NCBI GenBank assembly: GCA_947630835.1
Contig: CANRIZ010000005.1
Location: 14,349-78,348, forward strand
Direction of reading: 5' to 3'
From: an uncultured Clostridia bacterium
Lineage (GTDB): Bacteria > Bacillota > Clostridia > Oscillospirales > Acutalibacteraceae
DNA: 64,000 bases
The notes beneath the pieces are model-generated. The model worked only from the letters and a program-made list of their open reading frames with translations, was not told where the DNA came from and made no database searches. A program made the position numbers and the translations under genes. Numbering within the stretch: position 1 is the first letter of the stretch; every line of letters begins with the position of its first letter. This document shows positions 17,258 through 28,861 of this stretch, piece after piece.

Positions 17258-19441
17258 TCAGCTCTGCCTTTCAACCGAAAGTATGCCGTTTATTTTTTCT
17301 ATTCTTGATATTACGTTTTTCAAATGCTCCACGTTGCTTACGGTTACGGTAATATTGATTACAGCCCTGCCGTCCTTTTGCTCGCGTGAGCTTAAATCGG
17401 TTATATTAACCCTCATAGATGCAAGCTGCATAGAAATATCCGCCATAAGCCCTATTCTTGAAAGGCTTGTGATAACCAGCGTGGCTCTGAATTCCTTTTT
17501 AGCATTTTCGTCCCAGATTACCTTTATCCAACGCTCGGGTTCGGGGCAGGAGGAGAGATCCTTCGGCACGTTTGAACATTCTCTTTTATGAATTGAAACG
17601 CCGTGTCCCCTCGTTATAAAACCTATGATATTGTCGCCCGGGAGAGGATTACAGCATTTTGAGAACTTGACAAGCACGTTGTCCACGCCCTCGACGGTAA
17701 CGCCGTCCCTGCCGGTGTGCCTTCTAACCTCGACCTCGCCGACGGACTGCTCTTCACGCTTTTTGTAATTCCTGTTGTATTCCTCTTTTATATACGGCAT
17801 AAGGCGTATAATCGAAATTCCGCCGTAGCCTATAGCCGCATAAAGCTCGTCAACGCTTGACATCTTTTGACGGTGGGCGAGATTTTCAATAAAGGTATTG
17901 TACTCCTCGTCGCTTAGCCTTATGAAATTGCGCTTAAACTCACGCTCTATTTCCTCTTTGCCCTCGGCAATGTTTTCTTCCCTGCGCTCGTTTTTAAACC
18001 ATGAGCGTATTTTTGCCCTTGCGGAGCTTGTTTTTGCTATATTGAGCCAATCCTTCGACGGACCTTTGCCCGGCTGAGAGGAGGTTAATATTTCGACTAT
18101 TTCTCCGTTATTTAGCTTATAATCTATCGGCACTATTCTGCCGTCGACCTTTGCGCCGGACATCTTATGACCGACTGCGGTGTGTATTGCATAAGCAAAA
18201 TCAATTACCGTTGAGCCGACGGGTATATTGATTACGTCGCCCTTCGGCGTGAACACGAATATATCCTCGGGTACAAGGTCTGTTTTGATTGCCCGTACTA
18301 TCTCCTGAACGTCGCCCGTTTCGTTTTGCTCCTCAAGGAGCTCCCTTACCCAGGCGATATGCTCCTCCATATTCGATTTGCCGTTGATGCCGAGCTTGTA
18401 TTTCCAGTGGGCGGCGATACCGTATTCGGCGGTATGGTGCATTTCCTTGGTTCTTATCTGCACCTCGAAGGGTATGCCCTCCTTGTCGATAACGGTTGTG
18501 TGGAGGGACTGATATTTATTCGGCTTGGGAGTTGAAATGTAATCTTTAAACCTGCCGGGAAGCGGCTGAAACATATCGTGTATCATACCCAAGCAGTTGT
18601 AACATTCGCCGACGGTATCCACTATTATCCTGATGGCGTAAATATCGTAAATCTCGTTAAACTCCTTGTTCTGCATATACATTTTTCTGTATATGCCGTG
18701 TACGGATTTAATTCTCGCTTCGATTTTAGCGTCCTTGACTAAGGCGTTAACCCTGTCGGCGATTTTCTGCTTTCTCGCTTCAAGGAATTCTACCCTCGAA
18801 TCGCTCGTCTCGGATAATTTTTTCTCAATATCGTCATAGGCTATGGGGTCTAGGAAATGTATCGCCAAATCCTCAAGCTCCTCCTTTGCCGTGCGGATAC
18901 CCAAACGGTGCGCCAAGGGGGCGTAAATTTCAAGCGTTTCGAGCGCAATATCCCTTCTTTTCTGCGGCGCCATATAATCAAGCGTTCTCATATTGTGCAG
19001 ACGGTCGGCAAGCTTAATAATGATAACCCTTATATCGTGCGACATCGCAAGCAGCATTTTTCTGATGTTTTCCGCCTGCTGTTCCTCCTTGGTGGAAAGC
19101 GGCACTCTGCCGAGCTTTGTTACGCCGTCTACCAAAAGGGCGACGTCGTTGCCGAATTCCTTTTTCAGGTCGTCGAGCATTACGTCGGTATCCTCAACCG
19201 TATCGTGAAGCAGCGCGGCTTCGACCGATTCGCAATCCATGCCCAAATTCAAAAGTATTCCCGCAACCGCAATAGGATGAATGATATACGGCTGACCGGA
19301 ATAGCGAAGCTGAGCCTTATGGGCTTCGTTTGCAAGCTCAAACGCCTTATTAACTTTTTCGACTTCTTCACGGGTGAAAACTTTTTTGCAATTTTCCGAA
19401 AGCTCGGAGTAAAGCTCTTCTACCGTTTTTTCCTGTTCCAT
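17258..19441 (-). CDS. relA: Bifunctional (p)ppGpp synthetase/hydrolase RelA/SpoT (Rel)
   Basis: HD hydrolase motif LLHDTVEDT, synthetase motif YQSLHTTV, and TGS and ACT C-terminal regions. 727 aa. Confidence 0.95.
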   Translation of the reverse strand: MEQEKTVEELYSELSENCKKVFTREEVEKVNKAFELANEAHKAQLRYSGQPYIIHPIAVAGILLNLGMDCESVEAALLHDTVEDTDVMLDDLKKEFGNDVALLVDGVTKLGRVPLSTKEEQQAENIRKMLLAMSHDIRVIIIKLADRLHNMRTLDYMAPQKRRDIALETLEIYAPLAHRLGIRTAKEELEDLAIHFLDPIAYDDIEKKLSETSDSRVEFLEARKQKIADRVNALVKDAKIEARIKSVHGIYRKMYMQNKEFNEIYDIYAIRIIVDTVGECYNCLGMIHDMFQPLPGRFKDYISTPKPNKYQSLHTTVIDKEGIPFEVQIRTKEMHHTAEYGIAAHWKYKLGINGKSNMEEHIAWVRELLEEQNETGDVQEIVRAIKTDLVPEDIFVFTPKGDVINIPVGSTVIDFAYAIHTAVGHKMSGAKVDGRIVPIDYKLNNGEIVEILTSSQPGKGPSKDWLNIAKTSSARAKIRSWFKNERREENIAEGKEEIEREFKRNFIRLSDEEYNTFIENLAHRQKMSSVDELYAAIGYGGISIIRLMPYIKEEYNRNYKKREEQSVGEVEVRRHTGRDGVTVEGVDNVLVKFSKCCNPLPGDNIIGFITRGHGVSIHKRECSNVPKDLSSCPEPERWIKVIWDENAKKEFRATLVITSLSRIGLMADISMQLASMRVNITDLSSREQKDGRAVINITVTVSNVEHLKNVISRIEKINGILSVERQS

Positions 19442-19444
19442 ACG

Positions 19445-21508
19445 TCATTCCTCCTTACATTTTTCTTTCTGCGCCGCCAAAGCTTTGAGTATTTTTGACG
19501 AACCGAGTTCTACCCTGCCGGCGGTTTCGTTAATAATATAGCAGCCGTCCTTTAATTGCGCAAGCCCGAGCTCGCACATAACGTCGAGGCTTAATCTCAG
19601 CGTAGACGCCCTTACGTACGGACAGCCCGAACGGCGGCAAAAAGCTTCAATATCCCGAGTGAAGCAATTTTTCGTTTTTAAAAATTTATACACGCCCGAA
19701 AAAAACGCTCTGTCGGGTGTAAGCAAATTGATTTCCTTTTCGTTAAGGGCTTCCCCTGTTCTGTATTTTTCGTATGTTCTAACGGAATTGTTGAATTTTT
19801 CAAAATCAAAATCCGAAAATCTTATATCCTGAATATGCACGGACGGGCGTACTTCTCCCCTGTACTCGTTTCTTTCAACCTTAAATGCAATGTCCACCGT
19901 ATCGCCCGCCTCAAACGGAAATTCCTTTAATCCGACGGAAAACATAATTGCGTTTATATCATAGCCGTCCTTTGAAAGCAAAAGCCTTAAATGCTTGCCC
20001 TCGCCTACGGGCTTTACGGCTCTTAAAACGGCTTTTTTTACGCAAAAGCATGGCTGTGCGTTTCCCATACCGTAAGGCTCAAGCATTGAAAGGGTTTCAA
20101 GCAAATCGTTTGTAATAAAGGAAGGCTTAATATTAAAATCTATGTTCAGCGACAAAAACGGCATCTTGTACAGGGGTTTGAATTTGCAGATTTTTTCCCT
20201 GAAAGCGTCTATTTCGGAGGTTTTTATTCCAAAACCCGCCGCAAGCGTATGGCCGCCGAAATGAGTAAGCATATCGCCCGCAAAAAGCAGGGCGTCGTAA
20301 ATCGAATAGCCCTCTATGCTTCGGCAGGAACCCTTGCCCTCCTCGCCGTCTGTGGATATTACAACAGCGGGCTTACCGTACCTTGAAACGAGGCGGGAGG
20401 CTACAATGCCTATGACGCCCTGATGCCAGCCCTCTCCGGAAACAACTATTACCGGAGCGTATTTTATTTTATCGTTTTCCTCAATTAAGCTAATCGCCTT
20501 TTGGGTAATTTCGTTTTCAACGCTTTGGCGCTCCCTGTTGGCGGTTTCGGTCTTTTCGGCAATTTCCATAGCCTCGGCGCTGCTGTCGGTAATCATAAGC
20601 TTGGCGGCAAGCATTGCCGAGCCCATTCTGCCTGCGGCGTTAATCCTCGGCGCAAGCATATAGACGACGTTTGAAGCGTTCATATTTCTCGCCGAAGCGT
20701 TGGCTGTTTCTATAAGCGCTTTAATCCCTTTTCTCGGGCTTTTGTTGATTATCTCCAAGCCTTTTTTAACTATTACGCGGTTCTCGTCCGTTATTTCCAC
20801 TACGTCGGCAAGCGTGCCTATAGCCGCAAGGTCGCCGTACTCGGAAATAACGCTGTCGTTATCGCCCTCAAGAGCGCAAACAAGCTTAAGCGCAACGCCC
20901 ACGCCCGCATATTCCTTGAACGGACATTCGCAATCCTCCCTGTGAGGATTAACCACGGCAACGGCTTCGGGCAGCTTTTCCCCCACCTTATGGTGGTCGG
21001 TAATTATAACGTCCGTACCGAGGCTCTTTGCAAGCTCGGTTTCCTCAACGGCGGAAATGCCGTTATCCACGGTAATTATAAGATTAACTCCGTCGCGGGC
21101 AAATTTTTCTACCGCCTGTTTCGATATGCCGTAGCCCTCGGAGGCTCTGTCGGGTATATAATAGCTTACGTTTGCGCCCTGCTTCGACAAATAAAGGTAA
21201 AGCAACGCCGTTGAAGTTACGCCATCGGCGTCATAATCCCCGAAAATCATAATTTTTTCATAATTTTCTATAGCGCGGTCAATTCTTTCAACAGCCCTGT
21301 CCATATCGCAAAGCTCGTAAGGGTCCGAAATTATATCGCCGCAAAAAAGGAAGCGTTCAATGTCCTCATTTTCCGTTATTCCCCTTGCCGTAAGCAACAG
21401 CGCCGCAAGCGGGTCAAGGCAGAATTCCTCCGCAATTTCCGCCGCCTTTTCCCTGTCTGCGCCTGCAAATTTCCAATTCTTTCTTATCAAAACCGCTTCT
21501 CCGTTCAA
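19445..21508 (-). CDS. recJ: Single-stranded-DNA-specific exonuclease RecJ
   Basis: DHH family motifs FGDYDADGVTS and ITDHH, then GGHTLAAG (DHHA1). The stop is 3 nt from the relA start. Confidence 0.9.
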   Translation of the reverse strand: MNGEAVLIRKNWKFAGADREKAAEIAEEFCLDPLAALLLTARGITENEDIERFLFCGDIISDPYELCDMDRAVERIDRAIENYEKIMIFGDYDADGVTSTALLYLYLSKQGANVSYYIPDRASEGYGISKQAVEKFARDGVNLIITVDNGISAVEETELAKSLGTDVIITDHHKVGEKLPEAVAVVNPHREDCECPFKEYAGVGVALKLVCALEGDNDSVISEYGDLAAIGTLADVVEITDENRVIVKKGLEIINKSPRKGIKALIETANASARNMNASNVVYMLAPRINAAGRMGSAMLAAKLMITDSSAEAMEIAEKTETANRERQSVENEITQKAISLIEENDKIKYAPVIVVSGEGWHQGVIGIVASRLVSRYGKPAVVISTDGEEGKGSCRSIEGYSIYDALLFAGDMLTHFGGHTLAAGFGIKTSEIDAFREKICKFKPLYKMPFLSLNIDFNIKPSFITNDLLETLSMLEPYGMGNAQPCFCVKKAVLRAVKPVGEGKHLRLLLSKDGYDINAIMFSVGLKEFPFEAGDTVDIAFKVERNEYRGEVRPSVHIQDIRFSDFDFEKFNNSVRTYEKYRTGEALNEKEINLLTPDRAFFSGVYKFLKTKNCFTRDIEAFCRRSGCPYVRASTLRLSLDVMCELGLAQLKDGCYIINETAGRVELGSSKILKALAAQKEKCKEE

Positions 21509-21662
21509 AAAAGGTAATATTTCATCTGTAATATTAACATTTTAACATTTATTTTATCATTTTTTAACGAATGTTTCAACATCTATATTATAGAATATTT
21601 TATTAATTGACATATCCTTAATAAAATAGTAAAATAAATTCGTATCATTTTGTGTAAATAAT

Positions 21663-23597
21663 ATGTGGAGGGATTGTAACTTGCCTAAAAAACGGTTAAC
21701 CTCATTAAAGAAAAAAAAGCTTGTAAAGAAAAACACGGTTTATATTTTACTGGACTTTTTTATAATCAACCTGACCTATTGCTTTGCCGCGATACTGCAT
21801 ATGGGCTTTAAAATCGACAACGATTTTGTAATGCGTATAATTCTCAGAACGCCGTATGTAACCGCATTATACATTTTATTTTACTTTATTTTCAAAAATT
21901 ACAATACCGCGTGGAAGTATGCGGGCTTATATGAAATAGCCAAGCACGCCGTTTCCGTATTTTCGGGTACTTTCTTTGTCTTTTTGGCGGACTATATTTT
22001 TATGAGGCTGAATACGCTGCTGATTGACCGCGGCATACTCTCTACGCTCAGATTCGAGCTGTTCCCGCTGCCCGTCTACATAGACAGTATGTTCCTTATA
22101 ATATTTATCGGGCTTGCGTTCAGGCTTTATTCCCGCTCGGCTTTTCTTTTTAAGAACGAACACGACAGAAGGGCGCACAACGACAAGCTCAGGCAAATAC
22201 TCATTATCGGCGCCGGTGAAGCGGGAACGGGACTTGTTAAGGATTTTCAAAAAAATTCGTACAAATTCGGCAACCCCGTCGCCTTTGTAGACGACGACGG
22301 CTCAAAAACAGGTTTGCTCGTAAACGGCACTCCCGTAATAGGTACCTGCGACGACATTCCGAAAATTTGCTCGGAATATTCCATTGACGAAATTATTTTC
22401 TGCATCCCGTCCGTTTCCAACGAAAGGAAGAGGGAAATACTCGACATCGCCGTAAAAACGGGCGTTACGGTAAAGGTCGCTCCCGATATTTCCGATATAG
22501 CGAAGAACAAAATATCCTACAAGAACACAAGGGACGTTGACATACTCGACCTACTTTCAAGGCCGGAAATAAAGCTTAACCCGGACGTTTGCAAATATGT
22601 AAAGGACAAAACCGTTTTGGTTACCGGCGGTGGCGGCAGCATAGGCTCGGAGCTTTGCAGGCAGATTGCGCGCTACGAACCGGAAACGATAGTTATTTTC
22701 GACATTTACGAAAACAACGCATACGCGCTTAAAAATTCGCTTGATTTAAAATATTACGGCAATCCGAAAATCGAGATACGCATAGGCTCTGTTCGGGAGT
22801 ACGGCAGACTTGAGGAGGTTTTCGGTGAGTTTAAGCCCTCCTGCGTTTTTCACGCCGCGGCGCACAAGCATGTTCCGCTTATGGAGGACAGCCCCTACGA
22901 GGCGATTAAAAACAACATACTCGGCACTTACAACACCGCCTTATGCGCTCAAAAATTCAACGTCGACAATTTTGTTCTCCTTTCCACGGACAAGGCCGTA
23001 AACCCCACCAACGTAATGGGCGCAACAAAGAGATGCTGCGAGCTTATCGTTCAGCATTTTTCAAAGATTTCAACGCACACGAAGTTTGCCGCGGTCCGTT
23101 TCGGCAACGTACTCGGCTCTAACGGAAGCGTCATTCCCCTGTTTAAGGAACAGCTTAAAAAAGGCGGTCCGCTTACTGTAACGCACCCCGATATCACAAG
23201 GTATTTTATGACAATACCCGAAGCCGCTCAGCTTGTTGTTCAGGCCGGGGGTCTTGCAAAGGGCGGGGAGATATTCGTTCTCGATATGGGCGAACCCGTA
23301 AAGATAGTTTCGCTTGCCGAAAAGCTTATAAGGCTCTCGGGCTTTGAGCCGTATGTTGATATCGACATACAGTACACGGGTCTGCGCCCGGGCGAAAAGC
23401 TTTATGAGGAATTGATTTTACCCTCCGAAAAAGAGGGCATGCACAAAACTCAAAACAACAAAATATTCATCACGAATCCGACGGATTTTGACGACGACGT
23501 TCTGGTTGAGCATATAAACCGAATACCCGAATTGAAGCCGGAAAATTCAAGAAAATTCCTCAAGGAGCTTGTTCCCAATTTCAAAGAAAAAAATTAA
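21663..23597 (+). CDS. Membrane-anchored CapD/PglF/WbpM-like NDP-sugar 4,6-dehydratase (polysaccharide biosynthesis protein)
   Basis: Four N-terminal TM segments, then Rossmann motifs IIGAGEAG and VTGGGGSIGSEL, and catalytic STDKAVNPTNVMGATK. The true start may be TTG 21681, after GGAGGG. Confidence 0.85.
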   Translation: MWRDCNLPKKRLTSLKKKKLVKKNTVYILLDFFIINLTYCFAAILHMGFKIDNDFVMRIILRTPYVTALYILFYFIFKNYNTAWKYAGLYEIAKHAVSVFSGTFFVFLADYIFMRLNTLLIDRGILSTLRFELFPLPVYIDSMFLIIFIGLAFRLYSRSAFLFKNEHDRRAHNDKLRQILIIGAGEAGTGLVKDFQKNSYKFGNPVAFVDDDGSKTGLLVNGTPVIGTCDDIPKICSEYSIDEIIFCIPSVSNERKREILDIAVKTGVTVKVAPDISDIAKNKISYKNTRDVDILDLLSRPEIKLNPDVCKYVKDKTVLVTGGGGSIGSELCRQIARYEPETIVIFDIYENNAYALKNSLDLKYYGNPKIEIRIGSVREYGRLEEVFGEFKPSCVFHAAAHKHVPLMEDSPYEAIKNNILGTYNTALCAQKFNVDNFVLLSTDKAVNPTNVMGATKRCCELIVQHFSKISTHTKFAAVRFGNVLGSNGSVIPLFKEQLKKGGPLTVTHPDITRYFMTIPEAAQLVVQAGGLAKGGEIFVLDMGEPVKIVSLAEKLIRLSGFEPYVDIDIQYTGLRPGEKLYEELILPSEKEGMHKTQNNKIFITNPTDFDDDVLVEHINRIPELKPENSRKFLKELVPNFKEKN

Positions 23598-23605
23598 ACC
23601 GATTT

Positions 23606-23640
23606 AAGGCATGAGGTTGTTCCCCATGCCTTTCATTTTG
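23606..23640 (+). terminator. Rho-independent terminator after the capD-like gene
   Basis: AAGGCATGAGG-ttgtt-CCCCATGCCTT followed by TCATTTTGTTT. Confidence 0.7.
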
Positions 23641-23758
23641 TTTATTTTCACAATCTAAGCTTTTGTTATTTGTGTAAACAGACAAAAAATTTTCAAGCCG
23701 ATTTAAATTGCAAAAAAATATGTTAAAATAAAATATATTAAGTTAATGAGGTGTTGTT

Positions 23759-24694
23759 ATGGATGTTATTACAAACGAGTTTAATTTTAAATCGGCTTCC
23801 GGTCTTTGCGACATTTACGCTCAGAGCGCCGTACCCTCGGATTTTTCGCTTGTAAAGGGCGTTGTGCAGATAGCCCACGGTATGGCGGAACATTCAAACC
23901 GTTACGCCCGTTTTGCCAAGGAACTTTGCGATAACGGATATGCGGTTTTTATTAACGACCATCTCGGCCACGGCAAATCCGTTGCAAGCCCGGACGATTT
24001 GGGCTACTTCGGTGAAAACGGCGTAAATTCGCTTGTGGACGATATGAAACAGCTTACCGACATAGCAAAAAGAGAGTATCCCGACATACCCTACATACTT
24101 TTCGGTCACAGTATGGGTTCTTTCCTTTCGCGCAACTATACCGCCAAATACGGTAAGGAGCTTAACGCTGCGATTTTCTGCGGTACAAGCGGTCCCAACC
24201 CCGCGGCGGGAATAGGGATTATGATGGCTAAGCATTTTGAAAAAAACAAGGGCGGGCATGACCGCGCCGAATTTTTAAATTCGATGGCTTTCGGAACTTA
24301 CAACAAAAAGACCGCAAAGCGAACGGAATTCGATTGGCTTTCTCGAGACGAAAAAGAGGTTGACAAGTATATTCGGGACGAGCTGTGCGGCTTTTGCTTT
24401 ACGGCAAACGGCTTTGAAACGCTGTTCACGGCGCTCAAATCCGTTTCGCAAAAATCCTGGTACTCGGCTGTAAGAAAAGACCTGCCGATATTGCTTGTTT
24501 CCGGCAACGCAGACCCCGTAGGCGATTACGGCAAGGGCGTTGCGCAAGTCTACGACGGGCTTAAAAAGACGGGGCATAACGTTTTAATGAAGCTTTACGA
24601 CGGCGCAAGGCATGAGATTTTAAACGAAACAAACCGCGGCGAGGTTATGCGGGATATTATCGGCTGGATTGACAAGGTTGCGGAAAAGTCCTGA
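23759..24694 (+). CDS. Alpha/beta hydrolase (lysophospholipase/monoglyceride-lipase-like)
   Basis: HGMAEHSNRY oxyanion region, nucleophile elbow GHSMGS, and C-terminal HEILNE. Confidence 0.75.
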   Translation: MDVITNEFNFKSASGLCDIYAQSAVPSDFSLVKGVVQIAHGMAEHSNRYARFAKELCDNGYAVFINDHLGHGKSVASPDDLGYFGENGVNSLVDDMKQLTDIAKREYPDIPYILFGHSMGSFLSRNYTAKYGKELNAAIFCGTSGPNPAAGIGIMMAKHFEKNKGGHDRAEFLNSMAFGTYNKKTAKRTEFDWLSRDEKEVDKYIRDELCGFCFTANGFETLFTALKSVSQKSWYSAVRKDLPILLVSGNADPVGDYGKGVAQVYDGLKKTGHNVLMKLYDGARHEILNETNRGEVMRDIIGWIDKVAEKS

Positions 24695-24718
24695 TGCAAC
24701 CCGTAAAACAGAACATAA

Positions 24719-24759
24719 AAGCAATCGGGAACGTTGATAACGCTCCCGATTTTAGTTTT
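24719..24759. terminator. Bidirectional terminator between the convergent hydrolase gene and secA
   Basis: ATCGGGAACG-ttgataa-CGCTCCCGAT, flanked by A-rich sequence on the left and TTTAGTTTT on the right. Confidence 0.65.
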
Positions 24760-24772
24760 GTGAAATTTTTGT

Positions 24773-27499
24773 TTATTCGTCCTTACCGCAGCAATGCTTA
24801 TACTTTTTGCCGCTGCCGCAGGGACAAGGCTCGTTTCTGCCGATTTTTCTTTCCTTTTTAACGGGGCGTTTCTTTTCGCTTTGATCCGAGCCGCCGCTTG
24901 TACCCGTTATTTTTGCCTGTTCCTCACGCTTAACTTCCTCGTTTGTGCGTATCTCCACGGTCAACATACCCGTAACCGTACCTTCGCAAATTGCGGCGCT
25001 CATCTCGTCAAACATATCGTAGCTTTCCATTCTGAACGCAACAACCGGATCTTGCTGACCGTAAGAGCGAAGATATATACCGCCCTTTAACTCTTCCATC
25101 TCGTCTATGTGATCCATCCATCTGCGGTCAACATTGGCAAGCAGTATTTTCCTTTCGAGCTCCGCCATAATCTCTTCGCCGTATTTTTCCCTGCGCTCCT
25201 CAAAGCGCTTATTGGCAAGCTCGAGGAATTTTTCCTTGTATTCCTCGGCGTCCCGCGTTTCGTCAAGCTTTTCGCCGCCGATAAGCCAATTCAACTTTGT
25301 AAGCATACCGCTTACGTTCCACTCGTTCTTGGGCAAAGCCGAGGGGCAGAAGAAATCGACCTGCTGATTAAAGTAATCGTCAATCATCTTGCGTATTGTT
25401 GCGTCAAGGTCAACGCCGTCAAGAACCTGATTCCTCTGACCGTAGATAACCTCCCTTTGCTTGTTCATAACGTCGTCAAATTCAAGAACCTGACGCCTTG
25501 CGGCAAAGTTGTTGCCCTCGACCTTCTTTTGGGCGCTTTCGATAAGCCCTGTGAGCATCTTGGTTTCAATCGGCATATCGCCTACCGACTTAAAGCTGTC
25601 AAGTATAGTATAGAACCTGTCGCCTGCAAAGAGCCTCAAAAGCTCATCCTCCGCCGAGAGGAAGAAACGGCTTTTACCCGGGTCGCCCTGACGTCCGGAA
25701 CGTCCTCTTAACTGGTTGTCGATACGCCTTGATTCGTGGCGCTCCGTACCTATGATATAAAGGCCGCCCGCCTCGCGAACAGCGTTCGCCTCGTCTTTAA
25801 GCTCCTGCTTGTATTTATCTTCGAGCTCTCTGTAAACGCGTCTTGCCTGCGTGATTTCCTCGTTATCGGTTTCGGCAAAGCCCGTTGCCTCCGCGATAAG
25901 CTCCTCGGAAAAATCCTTTTTCCTCATATCCGCCCTTGCCATAAATTCGGGGTTGCCGCCAAGGATAATATCCGTGCCTCGTCCCGCCATATTTGTGGCT
26001 ATGGTTACCGCCCCGAGCTTACCCGCCTGAGCTATGATTTCGGCTTCCTTCTCGTGGTATTTGGCGTTTAAGACCTCATGCTTAATCCCGCTTTTTTTGA
26101 GCGCTTTTGAAAGCAATTCGCTCTTTTCGATATTAATTGTGCCGACAAGCACGGGCTGACCTTTTTTGTGCGCTTCAACAATTTCGCCGATTATGGCGTT
26201 GAACTTTGCCGCCTCGGTTTTGAAAAGCAAATCCTCCTCGTCAACCCTTACCATAGGCTTGTTTGTGGGGATTGCGACTACGTCGAGGCTGTAAATCTCC
26301 TGAAATTCCGCGCTCTCGGTCATAGCGGTACCGGTCATACCCGAAAGCTTATCATAAAGCCTGAAATAATTTTGGAAAGTGATGGTTGCAAGAGTTTTGG
26401 ACTCCCTTTCAACCTTAACTCCCTCTTTTGCCTCAATAGCCTGATGCAAGCCGTCGGAATATCGCCTGCCGAGCATAATACGGCCGGTGAACTCGTCAAC
26501 TATAAGCACCTGACCGTCCTTAACTACATAGTCAACGTCAAGCTTCATAACGCCGTTGGCTCTGATAGCCTGGTCGATATGGTGCTGGATTGTAATGTTT
26601 TCGGCGTCCATAAGGTTGTCAAGCCCGAAGAACTTTTCCGCCTTTTCGATACCGTTTTTGGTAAGAGTACAGCTTTTTGCCTTTTCGTCAACAACATAGT
26701 CGCCGTCCGCGTCGACAAGCTCCTCTGCGTTGAATTTGGTATCAAGCTCCTTTACGGTAATCCTTTTAAGGGATTTTGCAAATGTGTCGGCAACCTTGTA
26801 AAGGTCGGTTGACTTGTCGCCGACGCCGGAAATGATAAGGGGAGTTCTCGCCTCGTCTATAAGGATTGAGTCAACCTCGTCAACTATAGCAAAGCTGTGT
26901 CCCCTTTGAACCCTGTGCTCGGCATATATAACCATATTGTCGCGAAGATAGTCAAAGCCCATCTCGTTGTTTGTTCCGTAGGTAATATCGGCGTTATACG
27001 CCTCTCTCCTCTGAGCGTTGTCAAGCTCGTGAACTATAAGCCCGACGGAAAGCCCCAAAAACCTGTAAATCTTACCCATCCATTCGGAATCTCGGCGGGC
27101 AAGATAATCGTTTACGGTAACAATATGAACGCCCTTGCCGGTAAGCGCGTTAAGGTATGCGGGAAGAGTTGCGACAAGGGTTTTGCCCTCGCCCGTTTTC
27201 ATCTCGGCAATTCTGCCCTGATGGAGTATAATGCCGCCGATTATCTGCACGGGAAAGTGCTTCATATTAAGCACACGCCAGGACGCCTCGCGGCAGACGG
27301 CAAAAGCCTCGGGCAAAATATCGTCAAGCGTTTCGCCGTTTTTAAGCCTTTCTTTAAACTCGGGAGTTTTCGCTTTAAGCTGTTCGTCGGTAAGCTTGGA
27401 ATACTCCTCCTCATATGATAAAACCTTTTCCTGAATAGGTTTTACTCTTTTAACTTCCTTTGAAGAATAGTCACCGAATATTTTTGTGAAAATAGACAT
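24773..27499 (-). CDS. secA: Preprotein translocase ATPase SecA
   Basis: [14 protein letters not shown] Walker [30 protein letters not shown], and C-terminal zinc motif [14 protein letters not shown]. Confidence 0.97.
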   Translation of the reverse strand: MSIFTKIFGDYSSKEVKRVKPIQEKVLSYEEEYSKLTDEQLKAKTPEFKERLKNGETLDDILPEAFAVCREASWRVLNMKHFPVQIIGGIILHQGRIAEMKTGEGKTLVATLPAYLNALTGKGVHIVTVNDYLARRDSEWMGKIYRFLGLSVGLIVHELDNAQRREAYNADITYGTNNEMGFDYLRDNMVIYAEHRVQRGHSFAIVDEVDSILIDEARTPLIISGVGDKSTDLYKVADTFAKSLKRITVKELDTKFNAEELVDADGDYVVDEKAKSCTLTKNGIEKAEKFFGLDNLMDAENITIQHHIDQAIRANGVMKLDVDYVVKDGQVLIVDEFTGRIMLGRRYSDGLHQAIEAKEGVKVERESKTLATITFQNYFRLYDKLSGMTGTAMTESAEFQEIYSLDVVAIPTNKPMVRVDEEDLLFKTEAAKFNAIIGEIVEAHKKGQPVLVGTINIEKSELLSKALKKSGIKHEVLNAKYHEKEAEIIAQAGKLGAVTIATNMAGRGTDIILGGNPEFMARADMRKKDFSEELIAEATGFAETDNEEITQARRVYRELEDKYKQELKDEANAVREAGGLYIIGTERHESRRIDNQLRGRSGRQGDPGKSRFFLSAEDELLRLFAGDRFYTILDSFKSVGDMPIETKMLTGLIESAQKKVEGNNFAARRQVLEFDDVMNKQREVIYGQRNQVLDGVDLDATIRKMIDDYFNQQVDFFCPSALPKNEWNVSGMLTKLNWLIGGEKLDETRDAEEYKEKFLELANKRFEERREKYGEEIMAELERKILLANVDRRWMDHIDEMEELKGGIYLRSYGQQDPVVAFRMESYDMFDEMSAAICEGTVTGMLTVEIRTNEEVKREEQAKITGTSGGSDQSEKKRPVKKERKIGRNEPCPCGSGKKYKHCCGKDE

Positions 27500-27656
27500 A
27501 TTCTTAAATTTTCCTTTCCTGCGTTTTTATCGGTCAAATGCCGATTATTTAAAAGCAAAATCATAATATATACATAAAAAGCCGCCCGAACCCGAGTTCG
27601 GAACATAATTTAGTTAATTATATCACAGTTTTTAATAAAAAGCACTATTTTTTTAA

Positions 27657-27672
27657 ATTTTAATTATATGTT
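27657..27672. repeat. Left copy of a 16-bp direct repeat flanking the IS (putative target-site duplication)
   Basis: ATTTTAATTATATGTT, identical to 28862-28877. Confidence 0.7.
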
Positions 27673-28861
27673 ATAAATTGCAAGCTAAAATGTCCACAAA
27701 TATCAAGTGACAAAAAGTTGATTTATGAGCATTTTGGAAGATTGCCCATTGAAAAACTTTCTCGGATAATTGTTGATCCAGTGTTCTATCATCTCAATTC
27801 TCTCATGAGAGAATTCGCCGATATCAGCGCCTTTGGGAATGAAACGTCTGATTAGCTTATTGGCGTTCTCATTACTTCCCCTTTCCCATGCGCTGTATGG
27901 GTGGGCGTAATACACCTCTGTTCGCTTCTGCTGAACAAGCGCCGAACGCTCGATCCCCTCGCAATCAAGATTTTCGCTCCCGTTATCGCAGGTAATCGTC
28001 CGAAAAGTTTTCCTGAATGTTTTGCTCCCGAGTTCCTTCTCTATCTTATCCAGCTCTTTTACCACGCAATATTGTGATTTGCTTTGGATTTTACGAATGA
28101 TCTCTTGTCTTGTCATTCTTTCCGTGAGCACAAGTAATGCTGCTTTTGTTCCGATTTTTCCAACCACGGTGTCCATTTCCCAATGCCCGTATTCGTCCCG
28201 TTTCTCTATCTCCTTCGGCCTTTCACTGATACTTTTGCCCTTTACATGATTGATTGCCGGTCTGACAGCATTATACCCCCGCTTCTTTTTCTCCTTTTTT
28301 ACAGGCAAGTGCTTATTGCTCAGATTTGGGAATAGACCCATATCTATGTAATTGTATATGGTTTTATACGAAAGTGTTGTTTTGAATATTCCTGCCTGCT
28401 TTATTTTTTTTGACGCCGCATAGGGTGACATCTTTTCTTCAATAATCAGTTGTTCTATATATTTAACGAGTTTGTAGTCGCTCCCTATTTTCAATGACGT
28501 TCCTTTTGCCGTGGCTGCGTAATCATGTTTTTGCTGCCCTATATCGGCGCTGTATTCAATCCTTGTTGTTAAATCGCTGTTTTTTAACTCGGTTCTTCCT
28601 TTTGCAAGCTCTCTGCGTACCGTCCTGCCACTACAACCTATTTGTTCGGCTATTTTTTCGGATTTTATGCCGGCTTTGCTTAATGACTCAATTTTTATCC
28701 GTTCTTCATAAGTTAGGTGTTTACCCTTCCTTACTTCTGTGCTATAATCTAAGTGACTCATTTTGCAGCCTCCGTTTCTGTTTGGTTTGGTCACTTAACA
28801 TGATACCAGAGACTGCTTTATGAGTCATCCCTTTTTTGGACATTTTATTTTACAACTTACC
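27673..28861 (-). mobile_element. IS30-family insertion sequence (about 1.19 kb), apparently intact
   Basis: Imperfect terminal inverted repeats match at 22/27 positions: TAAATTGCAAGCTAAAATGTCCACAAA (27674-27700) against the reverse complement of 28833-28859, TAAGTTGTAAAATAAAATGTCCAAAAA. It contains a single DDE transposase ORF and is flanked by a 16-bp direct repeat. Confidence 0.85.
27703..28761 (-). CDS. IS30-family DDE transposase
   Basis: N-terminal HTH (LTYEERIKIESLSKAGIKSEKIAEQIGCSGRTVRREL), then HWEMDTV...ITCDNGSEN...AHPYSAWERGSNEN, the DD(E) core typical of IS30. Start is at ATG 28761 after GGAGG. Confidence 0.9.
   Translation of the reverse strand: MSHLDYSTEVRKGKHLTYEERIKIESLSKAGIKSEKIAEQIGCSGRTVRRELAKGRTELKNSDLTTRIEYSADIGQQKHDYAATAKGTSLKIGSDYKLVKYIEQLIIEEKMSPYAASKKIKQAGIFKTTLSYKTIYNYIDMGLFPNLSNKHLPVKKEKKKRGYNAVRPAINHVKGKSISERPKEIEKRDEYGHWEMDTVVGKIGTKAALLVLTERMTRQEIIRKIQSKSQYCVVKELDKIEKELGSKTFRKTFRTITCDNGSENLDCEGIERSALVQQKRTEVYYAHPYSAWERGSNENANKLIRRFIPKGADIGEFSHERIEMIEHWINNYPRKFFNGQSSKMLINQLFVT

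Noticed and set aside
27575-27601. Hairpin CCGAAC-tcgg-GTTCGG followed by GCGGCTTTTT on the minus strand in the secA leader, as a possible attenuator.
   Set aside because: The stem is short (6 bp) and is separated from the T-run by 5 nt. It could equally be a relic second terminator of ftsH displaced by the IS insertion, and there is not enough evidence either way.
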